Assembly (NCBI GenBank): GCA_965644295.1
Contig: CBFFRP010000029.1
Coordinates: 1,958 to 65,957 of the forward strand
Reading direction: 5' to 3'
Length of the DNA stretch: 64,000 nt
DNA from: Paraphysomonas bandaiensis
Lineage: Eukaryota; Protista; Chrysophyceae
Made by a program: the position numbers and the translations under genes
Shown: positions 26,166 to 40,155 of the stretch, in pieces
Position numbering within the stretch: position 1 is the stretch's first letter
How the letters are laid out: each line of letters starts with the position of its first letter
Notes under the pieces: model-generated
The model's input: only the letters and a program-made list of their open reading frames with translations
What the model was told of the DNA's origin: nothing
Databases searched by the model: none

Positions 26166-26589
26166 GTTTATAGTGTTATGGGGCTCTAGTATTATATATG
26201 TGTATGTTAGATGTGTGTAGAGGGCTGCTAGATGCCAAGATGCAACCATACACATACATACACATACATACACATACATACAGCTGTACACACTATGTGT
26301 GTTCTGCTGTACCATATGACCGTCTACAACATATGATAAAATACAGTAGAACCATACAGATACTGCTGTACATACTGCTGTATACTGCTCCTGAAGTATC
26401 CCTATTTTTTATACTATGTGTGTTTTTTTCAAAAAATACAGTTTTTCAGAATTCTTTGTGCTGTATTTTGCATTGCAGTGGGATGTACGGGAGGTGGACA
26501 CTGCATATGGATATGAATAGAGAGCGGAGTCCATCCAATGAACAGCCACATCTTTACGATAGGAATCTATTGATAGTAATCTTGTTCAT

Positions 26590-27623
26590 AATGATGCAGG
26601 AAAATGAGTCTGACATGGACCACCTCCCAATAGACATGCCCGAAAGGTTGCGGCCACTGACATCTTCATGAAGGTTAGACCATTAACTATCTTATCGCAG
26701 TCTAAAGGGATGTCTGTTGACTGTGCAGGAGAAGACATGGTATTGCAGGGAAGTCATAGGGCCAGATTGCCCATGGTCTGATCAATTGACTACAAGAAGA
26801 GGGCTTATTAGACGATATGGTCTCTATCGCAACATTTTAGAAGGAATTTGAAAACACATGAGAAAACTGGCAGTGTTCTAGAGAGAGATAAACCACTGGG
26901 GTGCGATACTGAAGAGGCTAACGACCTGTTGTCAACTCTATCGAAGAGATTCCTTGGAAGTGTCCAAGTCAGAGCTGCGTGAACTGCTCTCGGGATCGTT
27001 CAAAGCAACAGCAAGGAAGAGGGGGAAAGTGAACCCAGAATTTGAATTGGTTAATTGGAGAACAGTTAACAAGTTTGTGAAATGAAAAGGACTAAACAGA
27101 GGCCAGTGATAAGGAATGCCAATGCCCATTAGTTGAAGCATATATAATTTGGAAAGTATACGAGGCTTCTTGTTGTCGTTCGCATCATCAACAAATTGAG
27201 TGCACTGGCTCAAATGTTTTTGTATGATAAGACGTACACAATCCTGATAAGCACTACTACTCTTGGAGAACTAGATGCCATTTACCTTCAGCAACAGGTG
27301 CGGCATATGAATTCTCCAGTACTATTCTTGAAGTGTTGCCAAGTCCTGGCTATTAAGGTAGATCGCTTGCACTGACATCATTATGATCTACCACGCACAC
27401 AAAGGATGGAAGCCCTGTTTGATGAGCTGATTTTGAAAGTTCAGACATCATTGTTTCTTCCCTCTAATTGTGTAATTTAATCATATCACATATCATATAC
27501 AAATGATGGTCAATATTCAATATCATGATTAATTATTAAGATAGAAGAAAGCTTATGTTTTAAAAAGTCAATACTTATGAACGACTTTCTGTTGATCCCA
27601 ATTCAGGTCAAAAATAGGGATAA
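26590..27623 (+). mobile_element. Highly degenerate DNA-transposon relic, possibly Tc1/mariner-like
   Basis: Broken frames include LIRRYGLYRNIL and HEKTGSV (HTH-like); the 3' part is repeated inverted at 16.6 kb. Confidence 0.35.
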
Positions 27624-28076
27624 TTACTTTTCGCCACACTTGTTCACGAACTTCTAAATTGTACATTATTTGTGATGAACGAAACTTTATCTACAAGAAT
27701 CGAAGTATTCTTGTCGGATTTCTTTAAATCATACACGTCGTTTAATGTACAGTAAAATGACTGTGACTTCTATGTACATTCCCAATCAAGTCCTAAACGA
27801 TAAACTACTACGTAGAATTCAGCGAGCATGTAAGTAGTAAGTAGCATACAATGGCCAAAATAAATACATAAAACTATCCACTAATGACGCCACAAATATA
27901 TGTATAACCGCAGAAATTATTATAGAGGTTGTACGACACAGGACACAGCAATGAAGATATTCAAGTAAATTGAATATTTCATTTTACCCACACCACACAT
28001 ATGCCAAGTATGCGCTTCTTGATATGTGATATACACTCGTATTCCTAGCCAAAAGAGAGGAGTTGTAATTAATATA

Positions 28077-29071
28077 TTACAGCTCACAGTCGATCCAGTT
28101 CGTAGTAAAGCTGAAGTCCAAATAGTCCAAATGATTTACTGCAGGATACACATAGCAACCGTTAACCAAACACATCAAAATATAAATTTATAGTGAAAAA
28201 AACATCCACACTAGAAATATAAAGTATGTACTAAAGAGAAGCACACTCATGATACAAGAAAGAAATACTTACAAACATCTAGGGAAACGGTATACTGATT
28301 AGCGCAGGTCTCGTCTTCCCCTTCAATCGAGCATAGCTTCCAGTCGTTCTTGTCCTTCTCATAAAACACTTCGTACGCCATATGATGGAACCCCATATTT
28401 TGTGGAAACATACGAGGTACTGGATCTTTACGGTGGACCACACGGAATGTTCCGGGAACAGTTTCAATGTACCACTTCTCAAAGGCTTCGTCCCCCACAC
28501 GTGGCATACCGTAGGTGTATGCAGTTGTCATCGTCGCAGCAATGCCCTTATAACTGAGGTCTGCCGCACAGTGAGATGCCAATGCAGCACCTAAGCTATG
28601 CCCCGTACAGGTGACTGTTGCTGATGGGTGTTCGCTTAAATAGGCAGAAGTTAAATTCCAAACTTGATCAGACACAGACAAATATGTCTTGTAGAATCCC
28701 TCATGAACATTGCATCCATCACAATAGGGATAGTCCATTTTGAGAAAGTCAAGATCATCAATCCACTCCTGAATGTCAAACGGATTGGTGCCAGAGAAGG
28801 CAATAATAATCTCATTATCATCTGGATAGTAACCCACATATCCAACCCCATCTCTGGAACTCGAAAACACAGTGGCATCTACACCTGGATACTTCTGACA
28901 TGCTTTACACGTCCACTCCTCGACACCAGACTTTTTAAATCTCGGATCAGCGCAGTATGCAGCACCACTGAAGTATACATACTTCTCAGCTACACTTAAC
29001 TCATAATTCGAATCATAAGCACACGAAGCACTCTGAACCAGAGCAACCGCTCCTATGATTAACCAATACAT
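28077..29071 (-). CDS. Secreted class 3 triacylglycerol lipase
   Basis: Signal peptide; VHEGF, TGHSLGAALA, YTYGMPRVGD, HRKDPVP; catalytic His lies in a short last exon NHLDYLDF...CEL-stop. Confidence 0.92.
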
Positions 29072-29586
29072 CCACACACTAACAATGTCGTGGGGGGATA
29101 ATTATTCGACCAACTCTAGATCAGATGATAATATTTTGTTTATAGCGTTTAATGACACTCACTGTGATATACATATATACATATACATTACACTGGCCGT
29201 ACTGCTGCATATGAAGGCTACTCAAGTCACTGTAGTACACATATACAACAGTATAGAAACTACACATCCCTCATATGTTGCATGTCATGGTATGGTATGC
29301 CGGTATGCCATATGCAGTGGTGTACATCCAGCAACCTCACCGTACGACCGCTTCGTACACATGTTTTTTCCCTACTACATGCACTGGAGTAGAAGTGAGG
29401 CCCAAGACGTCAGTGAATATCTAGATGTGCATGTGCATGACTTGGTATGATGGATATCATTAGCAGAGTATGTATATATGTATGTGTGTGTGGGTATATA
29501 TACATATACATACATCGCTGATCTATTAACACATTGCATAACACACATAAAGAAGCCCCTCAAGGTCCTCGTGGTTCAATCAGAGG

Positions 29587-31908
29587 ATGCCGTTCAATCT
29601 CATTATCATCATGGCCCCTAAAATCGCTCTTTTAAACAGCGATGGCGAGATAATAGTCCAGAGGAAGTACTTCACTAATGATGCCTATGCTAAGCTCATA
29701 GGGAGCGCTGGTAGCATAGATACGGGCACAACAGATACGCTCATGTCAATGGACACCAATTCATCGTAAGAGAGTGTGTGTATGACTATATGTGTATGTA
29801 TGACTGTGTATGCGTACAGGAGGAGTCTTATGAAGACATGTGACTCCACTAAAACCATTAGACGGAATGATAGAGTGCCTTCATTTGTAGAAGATGATTT
29901 TAAGGGCATTAAGATCACAGAACAGGATCAAGAAGATGAAAATGAAGAACCGAAGCCTTCTAAGAGTGACGAGAATATTCAACCGATTAAAGAGTCTGAT
30001 CGATCTGCATCAGAAATGGTGCAAGATGGTGTGGATGAGCCATCCGACGGGATCGTACATGAGATTAATGTGGAGAGCTATCTGATGCAAACTCTTGATA
30101 CTCTTTATAAACAGGACTACATATGCACGGTACCTACGATTGTCACTGACCAAGGTGGGAACTCTCTTCAAGTTATGTTCGTGTGTGAGAAAGGAGTTGA
30201 TGTGGACATGGTAATGGCCCATCTTGGTCATATTGGCGTTGGTTCTCTAGTTGGAAACGTTGACATCCTTCCCCTAGAAAGTTGTAAGTTCTATAAACGC
30301 CCAGTAGATACGGCTAAAACCGAGGAAGCCAAGCGAGATGCGCAAAGTGATTCTGTAGACTCCGAGGATGAAAAGGAGAAGGAAGAAAAGGCGGCAGAAG
30401 CGGAGAAGGAGAAAAAGCTATTTATGGAAGCCGCAAGTCAAATTCGAGTTGAGCAGATTGTTGAGCAGATTCATGTACGTTTCTATTTGTATACAAGTAT
30501 ATATCGCCTTTGTGAGATGCATGGTGTGATACATCGAAGCTACTATTATGTTATATATGGTTGACAATTTATTTTGTTTTCAGTCGTCAGCTACCTTTTC
30601 CTTCGACTATTTGTCATTATTACTAATCGCGTCTACCATTTCGGGTATTGGTCTTGCTACGAATAACACCGTAGCAATCGTCGCTAGTATGCTTGTATCT
30701 CCCATTATGGGACCAGTAATGGCCTTAACTTTCGGTACTGTCATTAACGATCGATCTTTGACTCTTCTTGGTCTCAAGAGTGAATTAGTCTCGTTATTGT
30801 TGTGTGTAGTAGTAGGGTTCATTATAGGAATCATCTCGATTTTCATTGGTACAGCCGGACTTTGGCCAACTGATGAGGTCTATCCATGTGTATGTTTGTG
30901 TATATGCTGTAGAGTGGTGTAATTTCTTTATTAATTCACTGTTTAATGTTTTTGTTGGTCATGTAGATGAAAGGTCGTGGTCTTGTTGATGGACTGGCTA
31001 TAGGTTTTGCTATTGCTATTCCTTCTGGAATTGGTGTGGCTCTGTCAATGCTTGGCAACAATACGTCTTCCTTGGTCGGGGTTGCTATATCTGCCTCCCT
31101 GCTACCCCCAGCTGTCAATTGTGGACTGGCTTTTGCCTATGCTGCTATGGGATTCGAATTCGATCCTAATGCGCGTGAAGACGATGACAACTTCGATTAC
31201 ACAACCCCTTCTAGTTTTGTTGATATGGGGGGAATATCGCTCGCACTTACTGTCGTTAACATAGGTGCGATTTATGTATCTGGCCTGCTTATGTTCAAGA
31301 TAAAGGAAGTTGCTCCTATCAAAAATAAAACGGCTTTCTGGCAGAGAGATATCAAGGTACAGTAATTGGTTAGTTGTTTACCGTCATGAGTAATTATTTC
31401 TATGATTGTCTAGGTCTCCCGCCGCATCAATACTGCAATTCACAAGCATCAGCAGCAAAACTACTATCGCACTCCTGGCAACCTTGATAGCGCAGTTATT
31501 GAGAATATTAAACTTCACCCAGAATTACGCCAGGAACTTCGACAACTCCGGCGTGCCAATAGTGTTGATCTTCTCTCTTCTTCTACCGTGGGATCACCGG
31601 ACAAGCCATCAGAGCGACCAAACCTCATGGATGTGTTTCGTCAGTTGGATGACGTAGATGATGGTATTAACATGAGAAACTTCAGCAGCAGTACCGTTCC
31701 TCCCCCAGATAATGCATTCCGACCACGTCCGGTTGCACCTGCTGATAGCGATGGTACAGGAACGTTAGATAGAGTCCGTGCTAAAAACCCCAGGAGGCAC
31801 ACACCTACTCCTCCGGCAGCGAAAGAGCTTCAGGATATAAAGGCACGATTCAGAGCGCAGGGGAGGGCAGTCAGTGTCAAATCTCTAGTAAAACCATCGA
31901 AACTGTAG
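29587..31908 (+). CDS. DUF389-domain multi-pass membrane protein, multi-exon
   Basis: IVASMLVSPIMGPVMALTFG and LVGVAISASLLPPAVNCG are characteristic DUF389 motifs. Confidence 0.85.
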
Positions 31909-32687
31909 CACACTACAGACAATTTCTACACGCCTTTTATTCGTTACACCGGAAAGCTGTTTGGGAATATACTTGGAAGTGTGCTTTTATAAAAATATTT
32001 TCGTTATATTTGATGGCATGTCGTATTGCCATATAGTCTTGTAGTATTATTGGATTACACACTAAATGTTCACGATACCATGGGTATTCATGAAATGTCT
32101 ATCAGCTGCTGATATTGCACAGAGTATTTGTATTTGTTGGAATCCTTGATTTCGTTACACAGTTGTGTTTTTTCCATGGACAATGAACTGTAATAAATTT
32201 ATACAACGACGTATATAATTAAAATCGGATTGCCCGAGCGATGTTAGTACGAAGTAGAGATAATTGGATTGATAGCTTCTTAAAACGCAAGGTCCGTGTA
32301 GATAGCATGTGTGGGACTAAAACACACTCATCTGGGAGTTAATAGAGGTGAATGGGTTAATGGTAGTAAAAAGTTCTGAAACGTTTTATTTGGGAGAATT
32401 AAAGTGCATCTCGAGTATTAAACATGAGAGTCAAAAAATTATAAAAGAACACTAGTCTAATATATATATATATTATGTTGCCATTCAGCTCAAATCAGCG
32501 TGTTTGTGGTTTGTGGTTAGTGGACTTCTGAAATATTATATGAGATATATTATTCAACCTAGTCAATTTGGTTGAATTTTCGGTGTAAAAAACTAGTCAA
32601 AGCAATAAATGACTCAACCTATAGTCAATTATAGTATTAAACCTAGTCATGAATTGTACTCGCATAAAGCTACGCATTACAGGCCTA

Positions 32688-33427
32688 GTAGTGAATGTCT
32701 GATTATTTAGCAATAGGCGTTGAGACCTTGCATCAATTAGTGGCTAGAAGAATGCTAGTCATACTAGTTAGACCACTACCCGTAACTAATCAATACAAAC
32801 TCTTTTATCCTACTATTTAACGCTACGAAAGCTGCTTGTGCGTCGCCGCAAGCACCAAGGTGCAACCACTTCCGTTCTTTTGTGTGATATGAAATTCGCC
32901 TTTATCGTGTGTCCGTGGACTCACCGGCGCTATTGATCTGGGGGTCTCCCTTTGGGATGGGTCTCCATTGGTGTTGGAGGGGGCTCAGCGTTCTGGATTA
33001 GGGTCCTGAGTGCACCTAGTTCCAGATGTGTGGGTTGAGAGTGGTGGGGATTGTTGGGAGGAGGAGTTGGGTTTGTAGTCTGTGTTACTGTGCTCCTGTG
33101 GGGCCGCGGGTGTAGATAGAGTTGTCGAAGCCGTCGGCGTTGTGGAGGTCTGGGCAGTCCAGTGCTCTGTCGGGTAGGACCTGTGAGGTGTGCACGTGTG
33201 TCTGGAGTCGGGGACGCTGTGGGGGGTCTTCGTTGGACCCCTAGTAGTCGAAGGACTCTCGGACGTTGTCTTGACTGACTGCGTTTCGGACGGGGTCTCG
33301 GGAGTAGTCTGGGCGGCCTTTTGGACATGGTGATATAGCGACAACCGCGATCCTGTAGCATAAGCTTCGCTGCAGTGTAAAGCGGTTGCAGGAGATTAAT
33401 AACCGCTGTTTCTAGGTTCCGCTGTTT
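32688..33427 (-). mobile_element. 5'-truncated non-LTR-type retroposon
   Basis: Perfect 18-bp TSD CTACGCATTACAGGCCTA (32670-32687 and 33428-33445); ORF tail ...PKGRPPDQ-stop; 3' end ...CAGACATTCACTAC shared with 39254-39813. Confidence 0.75.
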
Positions 33428-33985
33428 CTACGCATTACAGGCCTATAGCTACGCATTACAGAAGCATGAGGTCATAGCAGGTGACGTAGAATCAATGCAA
33501 CATACAGAAATGAAAAAATTCTTCGCTGGCAGTGTCGGTTTTTTGATGCTTCTGATCACATCCTGGCTCATCCGAAGATTGTGGGGTTCAATTCCCATGA
33601 AATGAAGATTGCTGTGGAGCTACACCGGACTTGGTCATCAGAAACAGCCCAATTTTCATTCGACTGTGACGACGAAGTGTGAGGCATATATCATTTTTGG
33701 CTACAGTATGCTCCCCTGTTTGACTACGTGAATACCTACTTCCACCTCTAGTCACTGTAATGATAAAAATCTAATTATTTAGTTACTAGATTTTTCTACC
33801 TTTTGACTAGGTATTTACACCAATTTTGGTGTGACTAGGAAATTCCACTAAATTGACTAGAGGTCGAAAAATAGATTCCATATTCCATATTCCATACTGA
33901 TGTATGTCAATAAGATATTTATACTCTGGTGAACATAAAATATTACTATTATTATATTTACCTATTCGTAATATATACTATTATG

Positions 33986-34870
33986 TTCTGGGGGAAAAGT
34001 ACCGGAGATATTTCTTCGGAAAACTAACGTGAGCCGCACATAGTATTCTACCTACTCATAGCGGAATGCTTGTGTGGTACAAGGAACACTATCATAAATC
34101 TAAGTTTTACATGTGTAGACGTCCTTAGGCCTTGATAAATAAACAGGCATCCGTGAATTGGCCCACCTGAAGTGTATTCGGGTTTTTTTGGGCTGCCTGC
34201 TGCTAAAGTCAAGCATCTGGGCTGTTCACCTTAAGGACTTAATTATCCTGAAGTCAACATTCTGCTTGTGCTCACTGCTTTGTACCATGTACAAGGGTTA
34301 GTAATTTGCTCATCAATAATAATATATATTGAAAGTCTTATTATTAGCAATAGGCGTTAAAACCTGCATCAAGTTACTAGCTAGATGAATGCTAGACAAA
34401 CTAGTTAGACTTCTACCTGTAACTAATCAGTAAAAACGTATTTTATCCTACTATTTAACGCTACGGAAGCTGCTTGTGCGTCGCCGCAAGCACCAAGGTG
34501 GGACCACTTCCGCTCTGAGTTATGAAGGTGAACATCCCGGATGCTTGACTTCAGCAGGCAGCCCAATACCCCGGTTACCTTTCAGGTGAGCCCTGTCCCG
34601 GATGCCCTTGAGGTGGGCCCATTCCCGGATGCCTGTTTATTCGTCAGGGCCCAAAGACATCTCTACACAAGTGACACTTATTGGTAGACATCTCTACACA
34701 AGTGACACTTATTGGTGTCCCTAGTACCACACAAGCATTCGGCTATGAGTGAGTAGAAGAATATCTGCTGACTATGTTTGCAGCTCACGTTAGTTACCCA
34801 GAGAGAATCTCCCCGGTACTTTTATCCCCCAAAACACCACGAAAAGGTGCGAGTCCGACTTTGTTGAGGG
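33986..34870. mobile_element. Two related non-autonomous retroposon copies, tail to tail, forming an imperfect inverted repeat
   Basis: 33986-34240 is the reverse complement of 34518-34835; 34341-34516 matches 32704-32878; degenerate TSD (11/13) at 34313-34325 and 34871-34883. Confidence 0.6.
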
Positions 34871-35598
34871 TCAATAATTCTATATATGTTTAATGTATCC
34901 ACTTCTGTATATATATACTATAATGTATCCGCTCTGTATATATATATACTACAATGTAGCTGTGGTTAGAGTTTGTAATATTCTAACCATTTGGAACTGT
35001 AATTAGTATAAAACTTATTAAAAGTCGTTAAACATATACTTGAATCATATGGTATTACTTATTCTATTTTCTTTGTTATTATGACTATGATTTAATATTT
35101 AGAAAAGACTCATTAAACAAAAGCGCTTTGTCTAAACGTCTAAACTATTAACTACACTATAACGTTTGTATTACATTTCTCAGTAGTTTTAAACATATTC
35201 TGTTCTATCTCAATATCTACTTTAAAAAAATAGTTTTCTTTCACGTCCACACTTTTACAGGCTTCATTCGACTTTAGAACTGTCTCTTTTTAGACCTTCA
35301 TGTCCTGATTGTAATTGTTGTCCATCACTCTGATTACGTTCGTTGTGCACACAGGGATACTTCTCAGTTAACTACATGAATTTGCTGGGTTTACTACGAT
35401 AATATTATATAAATATATTATCACAATTATGAAGGACGATCTACATCAATTAATGCTACTGACAATTACATAAGCTGCCACCATTTCACAAGAAATATTG
35501 TAATTCCATATCGAATAATACAAGGACCATATTTTTATCTTCAGTATCGAAATGTGTAGTATCACTCTCATGAATCGGAAGCATTATTCGAATCCACA

Positions 35599-38410
35599 TT
35601 AACCAGAATTCCAGTCCTGATTCACACAATTCAGTTACACATGGAAGAGTTACACTTAGACAGAGATGTCACCTTGCTTTGTCGAGAAACTTCTGTAGCG
35701 CATTGATTCGCTTATCAATGTCTGATATGTCAGCTGCTTCTTGACGCTCTTCCTCCTCATTCTCATTCTCATTTCCTTCCTCAGCACATGAGTCCCTACT
35801 TTGCCTGCTTATGCCACTGCTGCGGGCATTTTGGTCCTTATAGACCAATAAGTCACCAAGCTCCTCACGTGATTGGCGAATCTTCTCTTTCACAAATTCG
35901 TTGTGAGAGGACCTGGTGGAATAAACATTTTCCTTTTCAGCAGATGAATAAGGGCTGGTGTGTTTGGGCGTGCCAGTAGTATCTGCTTCCTGGGGTTTTC
36001 CCATTGGTTCAGAAGAAGACAAACTCTCGTACGATTTCCGATTATCACTATCCTGTGGCCCGTAGTTTTGAGAGCCTCCTTTCGAGGGTACATCATGTGA
36101 TACATTCTTATGCTTCTCCAAAATTCCCCCGTCATCTTGCTCGCTGTCATCAGAAGGATTCGTCTCGATGTCATCTAGAGGAAGACGACCATGCGAGCGT
36201 GCCAAGGACTCCGGTGCACGAGGGGGGACCGCGCTCGCGGTAAGCGACCGTGGATCATAGCGATCATCATGCCTTCCATCCTGGCTGTTTTCGTATCTTT
36301 CCAAGGATTGTCTGAGTGTGTGCCGCTCCGATGTGTCATTGTCGCCATGCAAGTATCCTTCTAAGAGGTCACCCACAAACCTGTTGTCATCACGCCACAT
36401 ATCTACTGCTGGAGCTGGACGGTGTGATATAGACTGCTCGGAAACGATCCTGTTAACAGCCATGTCATATTTAGAAGAAAAAATTCAGAAGTGTTTTTTT
36501 ACATGACAAATAAACATTCAGTATTTGCACAGCATGTATATGAGATGTTCTATATGAGTGGCTTAAGTACATACCCGCGTTTCGGTACATCTTTATCTTT
36601 CTGCTTCTTTTTTCTCTTGCTCTTAGGCTTGGTCTTTGTTCTTCTTTTATCTTCCGTTTTCCATGATGTATTTCTACGAGAAGATGAATCAGAATATTCA
36701 CCCGAGTATGCTGAACCACGACTGGATGCCCGGGATGAAGCGCGGGACGTCGTACTGCGTGCAGAGCGTCTCGAGCCATTCGATGACTGGGAGTTCGCGG
36801 AGGAGTACCCTGATTCCACATATCGGTCTCCCCCAGCGCCCCAAGCGCTCCGAGAAGACTTCGACTGGGAAATCCGCTGCTGTCTCTGCATGGCATATGC
36901 AGTGGGGTCGAATCTCCCACCAAGAGACGACGAAGGGGAGCGTGATCGAGACCGAGATTGAAGAGTGGAACGACGAGGAGGGGGTGTTCGAGAAGTTTGT
37001 GACCTTCCTCTACCTGCACCTGTTCGAGTACCACCAGCACTATATCCATATCCGGAGCTGTACCCTCCCGTGCTACTGTACGACCCACGTGTTGATCGGG
37101 GAACGGGAGATCGGGAACGTCCGGTTGATGGTACACCCGCAGACATTCGGTTTGCAGCGGCAATTTGACGTGAAGACATCTGTTGCTTTGAGCTTCGCCC
37201 AGCTCCACTAGATGCCCCTGTAAGTTTCTTACGGGCAATTAACTGGCGGGCATCTTCTAATTCCCGTTGAAGTCGCAATACTTCCCGTCTGTGCTCTATG
37301 CGCTCACTGTCCAATGCATGCTGTAACCCAACCGCCTTGGCTCGCCATTCCTTTTCTCTCTCACTCTGAGATGATGGTGTCTGAGCACGCCATCGAGCAG
37401 CTTCACGAGCCATTTCTACACGGAGACGTTCGTATGCTGCTGCCGAGTCTGCTAGCTCGCGCTTTAGAGTATCAATTTGTTTTCTCAGCTTCCCTACATG
37501 CGTTGCAGTGGTCAATAGTGCGTATATGGATTAGACGACCACACAGTATATATTCAAGTCGTACTTACCCACTGTGCCAGATGGCTCAGATGACCCATTG
37601 GAAACTCCATTGCGCTTTTCTAACTGCCTGAGGCGATGCTTGAGTTCTGTGTTTTCCTGTCGGAGTTGTGTGTCGATTTGCCTCATTTCCCTATTATTCC
37701 GTCAAGGGGTTGTCAATAATATACGCACTATAGTCAAGTTACCTTTCTTTAAGAGATACCGGAGCAGCATCTGCTATTTCTTTCTCGTGTAGTTTTTGTC
37801 GGAGTCTCTTGATGGTGCGCTGCAAGGCATGCACGTTGGGGGTCTCCTCATGAGCGAGGGGCAATGGGAAATGAACCCTGTCAAATTCACCAGAGTAGGT
37901 AAGGATAATATATCGTTTCATTTGTGAACGGGAGGCGGACGAAGACAAACTAGAATTCAACGGTGCTGCTGTGCCCAATCGACGAGCCTTTAGCACTTCC
38001 AAATCATTGTAAGTCAGCAAGTCGACATATACACTCTCGCTCTCTCTTGAGAAGGCCGAAGAAAGCATTTTAACAAACACAGAAAACTTCTTAAAGTTTC
38101 CTGCCTTATGTGAAATGTCTTCTATATCTGTGTGATGTGAATGAGGGAGACGGCAGCGATATATACGCATACATACACTGAGATGTGAACTCTCCACTCC
38201 AGCGCTCTCCTGAGTCCACCTGCTCAATATCCACACTCAGAAGAGACTCAGCAGCCGACATATTGACGACAAAAGTTATCCTGTTATGTAATATGAGTCT
38301 CTGAGGTGTGTAGATGTGTGTAGATGTGTATATACGTACCCGTGAAACTCCATAGTCCACTCCCTCTCCTGACCCGCCCTACCATCTACAGGGGGGAACG
38401 ATGAGTCCAT
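35599..38410 (-). CDS. CCDC61: Coiled-coil domain-containing protein 61 (VFL3), basal-body protein
   Basis: WSGEFTSQ|YIEDISHKAGNFKKFSVFVKML, VDLLTYNDLE, KRYIILTYSGEFDRVHFPLPL, RFDPTAY, and C-terminal DIDKRINALQKFL. Confidence 0.92.
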
Positions 38411-39253
38411 CAGATGCTAGTTTAACACGAGATGAGAAGAATCCCCTGCAACTGCGGCTGTCGAGGTGTTATATATGTGTGTATATGCGGCAGATTGAAT
38501 TCAAATTATCATACATGTATATGACACTGATCTATAATACATACCGTATACCGTCCAGTACATACTTCGTAGTGCTGTATAGTGTACTTCTATATGGTGT
38601 ATACCGCCGTATGCAGTAGTATCTACATATATATTCATATCTCGTATCTCATAAACCGTATACCAGTATACGGTATATCTGATATGTTATACTGCTGTAT
38701 GTATAGAGAGCCGTATACTGCTGCTGTATACTTCGTATGTAGTCGTACGTAGTATATGTGCTCTGTTTGGGTGCAGCGTATCGTGTATATCTATGCAGTC
38801 CGGCTGCTGTATTGAGATGCATGTCATGGGATTGGAATGACACCACTGTGTTGAACCATGATGTGATATAGCACGAAAAGGGAACTACTAAAACACTTCA
38901 TGCTCTACTTGCAAATAAAAGAAGTTGCGGTTGTGACGGTTAGTGGTATCGAGTTTAGACAACATACAGAAGGAAGTCCTCACAGGTGGTGGATATCAAT
39001 AGAGCACAGCACGTATACACTAGAGCTGTAATATAAAACTGTATCAGGAGTAATGTAGAGAAAGGGGTAGAATACTTCTTGTAGTAATGCAACGACTATA
39101 TAGCATTGAGCGGTAATGTATTAATTTAGAACAGTACTATATCTAAATGCTCAACAATCAACAATGCATATTGCAATATGTTGCCAACAGTATTGTAGTT
39201 TGTTACTAGACTACTGAATACTTCCCAACTTTATTACTTGATTATTAAACGAA

Positions 39254-39813
39254 AACCCAAATGTCTCCCACTTTGGAGCCGATGGTGCCTCATATGAGAA
39301 TCTCAGCTGGCATATGACCACTTCCCCTACTATTCTAACGCTTTCACACCCCCATACACGCAAACCTCAACGTAGACAACTCCACCTGCTCTTTTTACAT
39401 CCAACTACTACACTGCAGTCAGCTGCGCCCCGAGACTATACAGATCCTACGGCTCCACCTCGCACCATCTCACTTTCCCTCGGAAAACTATCCTCCCATG
39501 TTCATAACTGTGACCCTCCCTTGAGGACCTTCCCCAAAGGGTGTCCCCCTGATTAACCGCACCTATTGGTAATGAAGGACTACACATCCGTGATCAGCTC
39601 TAGCACTTACTTAAAGACTCACATTACTGAAGTCAGCAGATGTCAGGTATATCAATATTCAACATTCAACATTCTGCTTGCTCACGGCGTTTGCTTTGAG
39701 CATTCGTAGCGCCAAATAGCACGATATCAGAGTTTAGCGCTAGTTATTTAAATTGTTTTGCTACATTAGTTCTGACTCTTACACGCCTATTGCTAATAAC
39801 AGACATTCACTAC
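39254..39813 (+). mobile_element. 5'-truncated non-LTR-type retroposon, second copy
   Basis: Perfect 12-bp TSD TTATTAAACGAA (39242-39253 and 39814-39825); ORF tail PQRRQLHLLFLHP...PKGCPPD-stop; ends CAGACATTCACTAC. Confidence 0.75.
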
Positions 39814-40155
39814 TTATTAAACGAATAGATCACTACTTCGCTGCATAGCCGACATTCTTTAGTGCGTTTATAATGATCTTTATCGTGAATGAATCCTCAT
39901 CTTGGAAATGATAGAGTGATTGGTAGTTATATAAGCGGCTAATTCAGATACCTCAGTAGAACTTCTTCGTATATTTTTATATTCGTAGTGAGAATCTACG
40001 TAATATTATACATACATTAGTGATCAGTGTGTATGCTCATTGCTCATGTAAATGTGTACAGTATATACATTATCAAATCTCAGTGCCAATATACGAAGAT
40101 ATAATGCACAAATATACAATAATGCCTCCAAACTACAAACTCTTTATTCTTCGAT

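Noticed and set aside
1-29071. Auxin-related gene cluster (AUX1-like, ABCG, amidase)
   Set aside because: The genes are far apart and interleaved with unrelated genes; there is no substrate evidence.
33986-34835. DIRS-type inverted terminal repeats
   Set aside because: No tyrosine recombinase or RT; better explained as two retroposon copies tail to tail.
36471-37238. Long overlapping ORFs within CCDC61
   Set aside because: Alternative-frame and antisense shadows of a GC-rich Ser/Arg exon.
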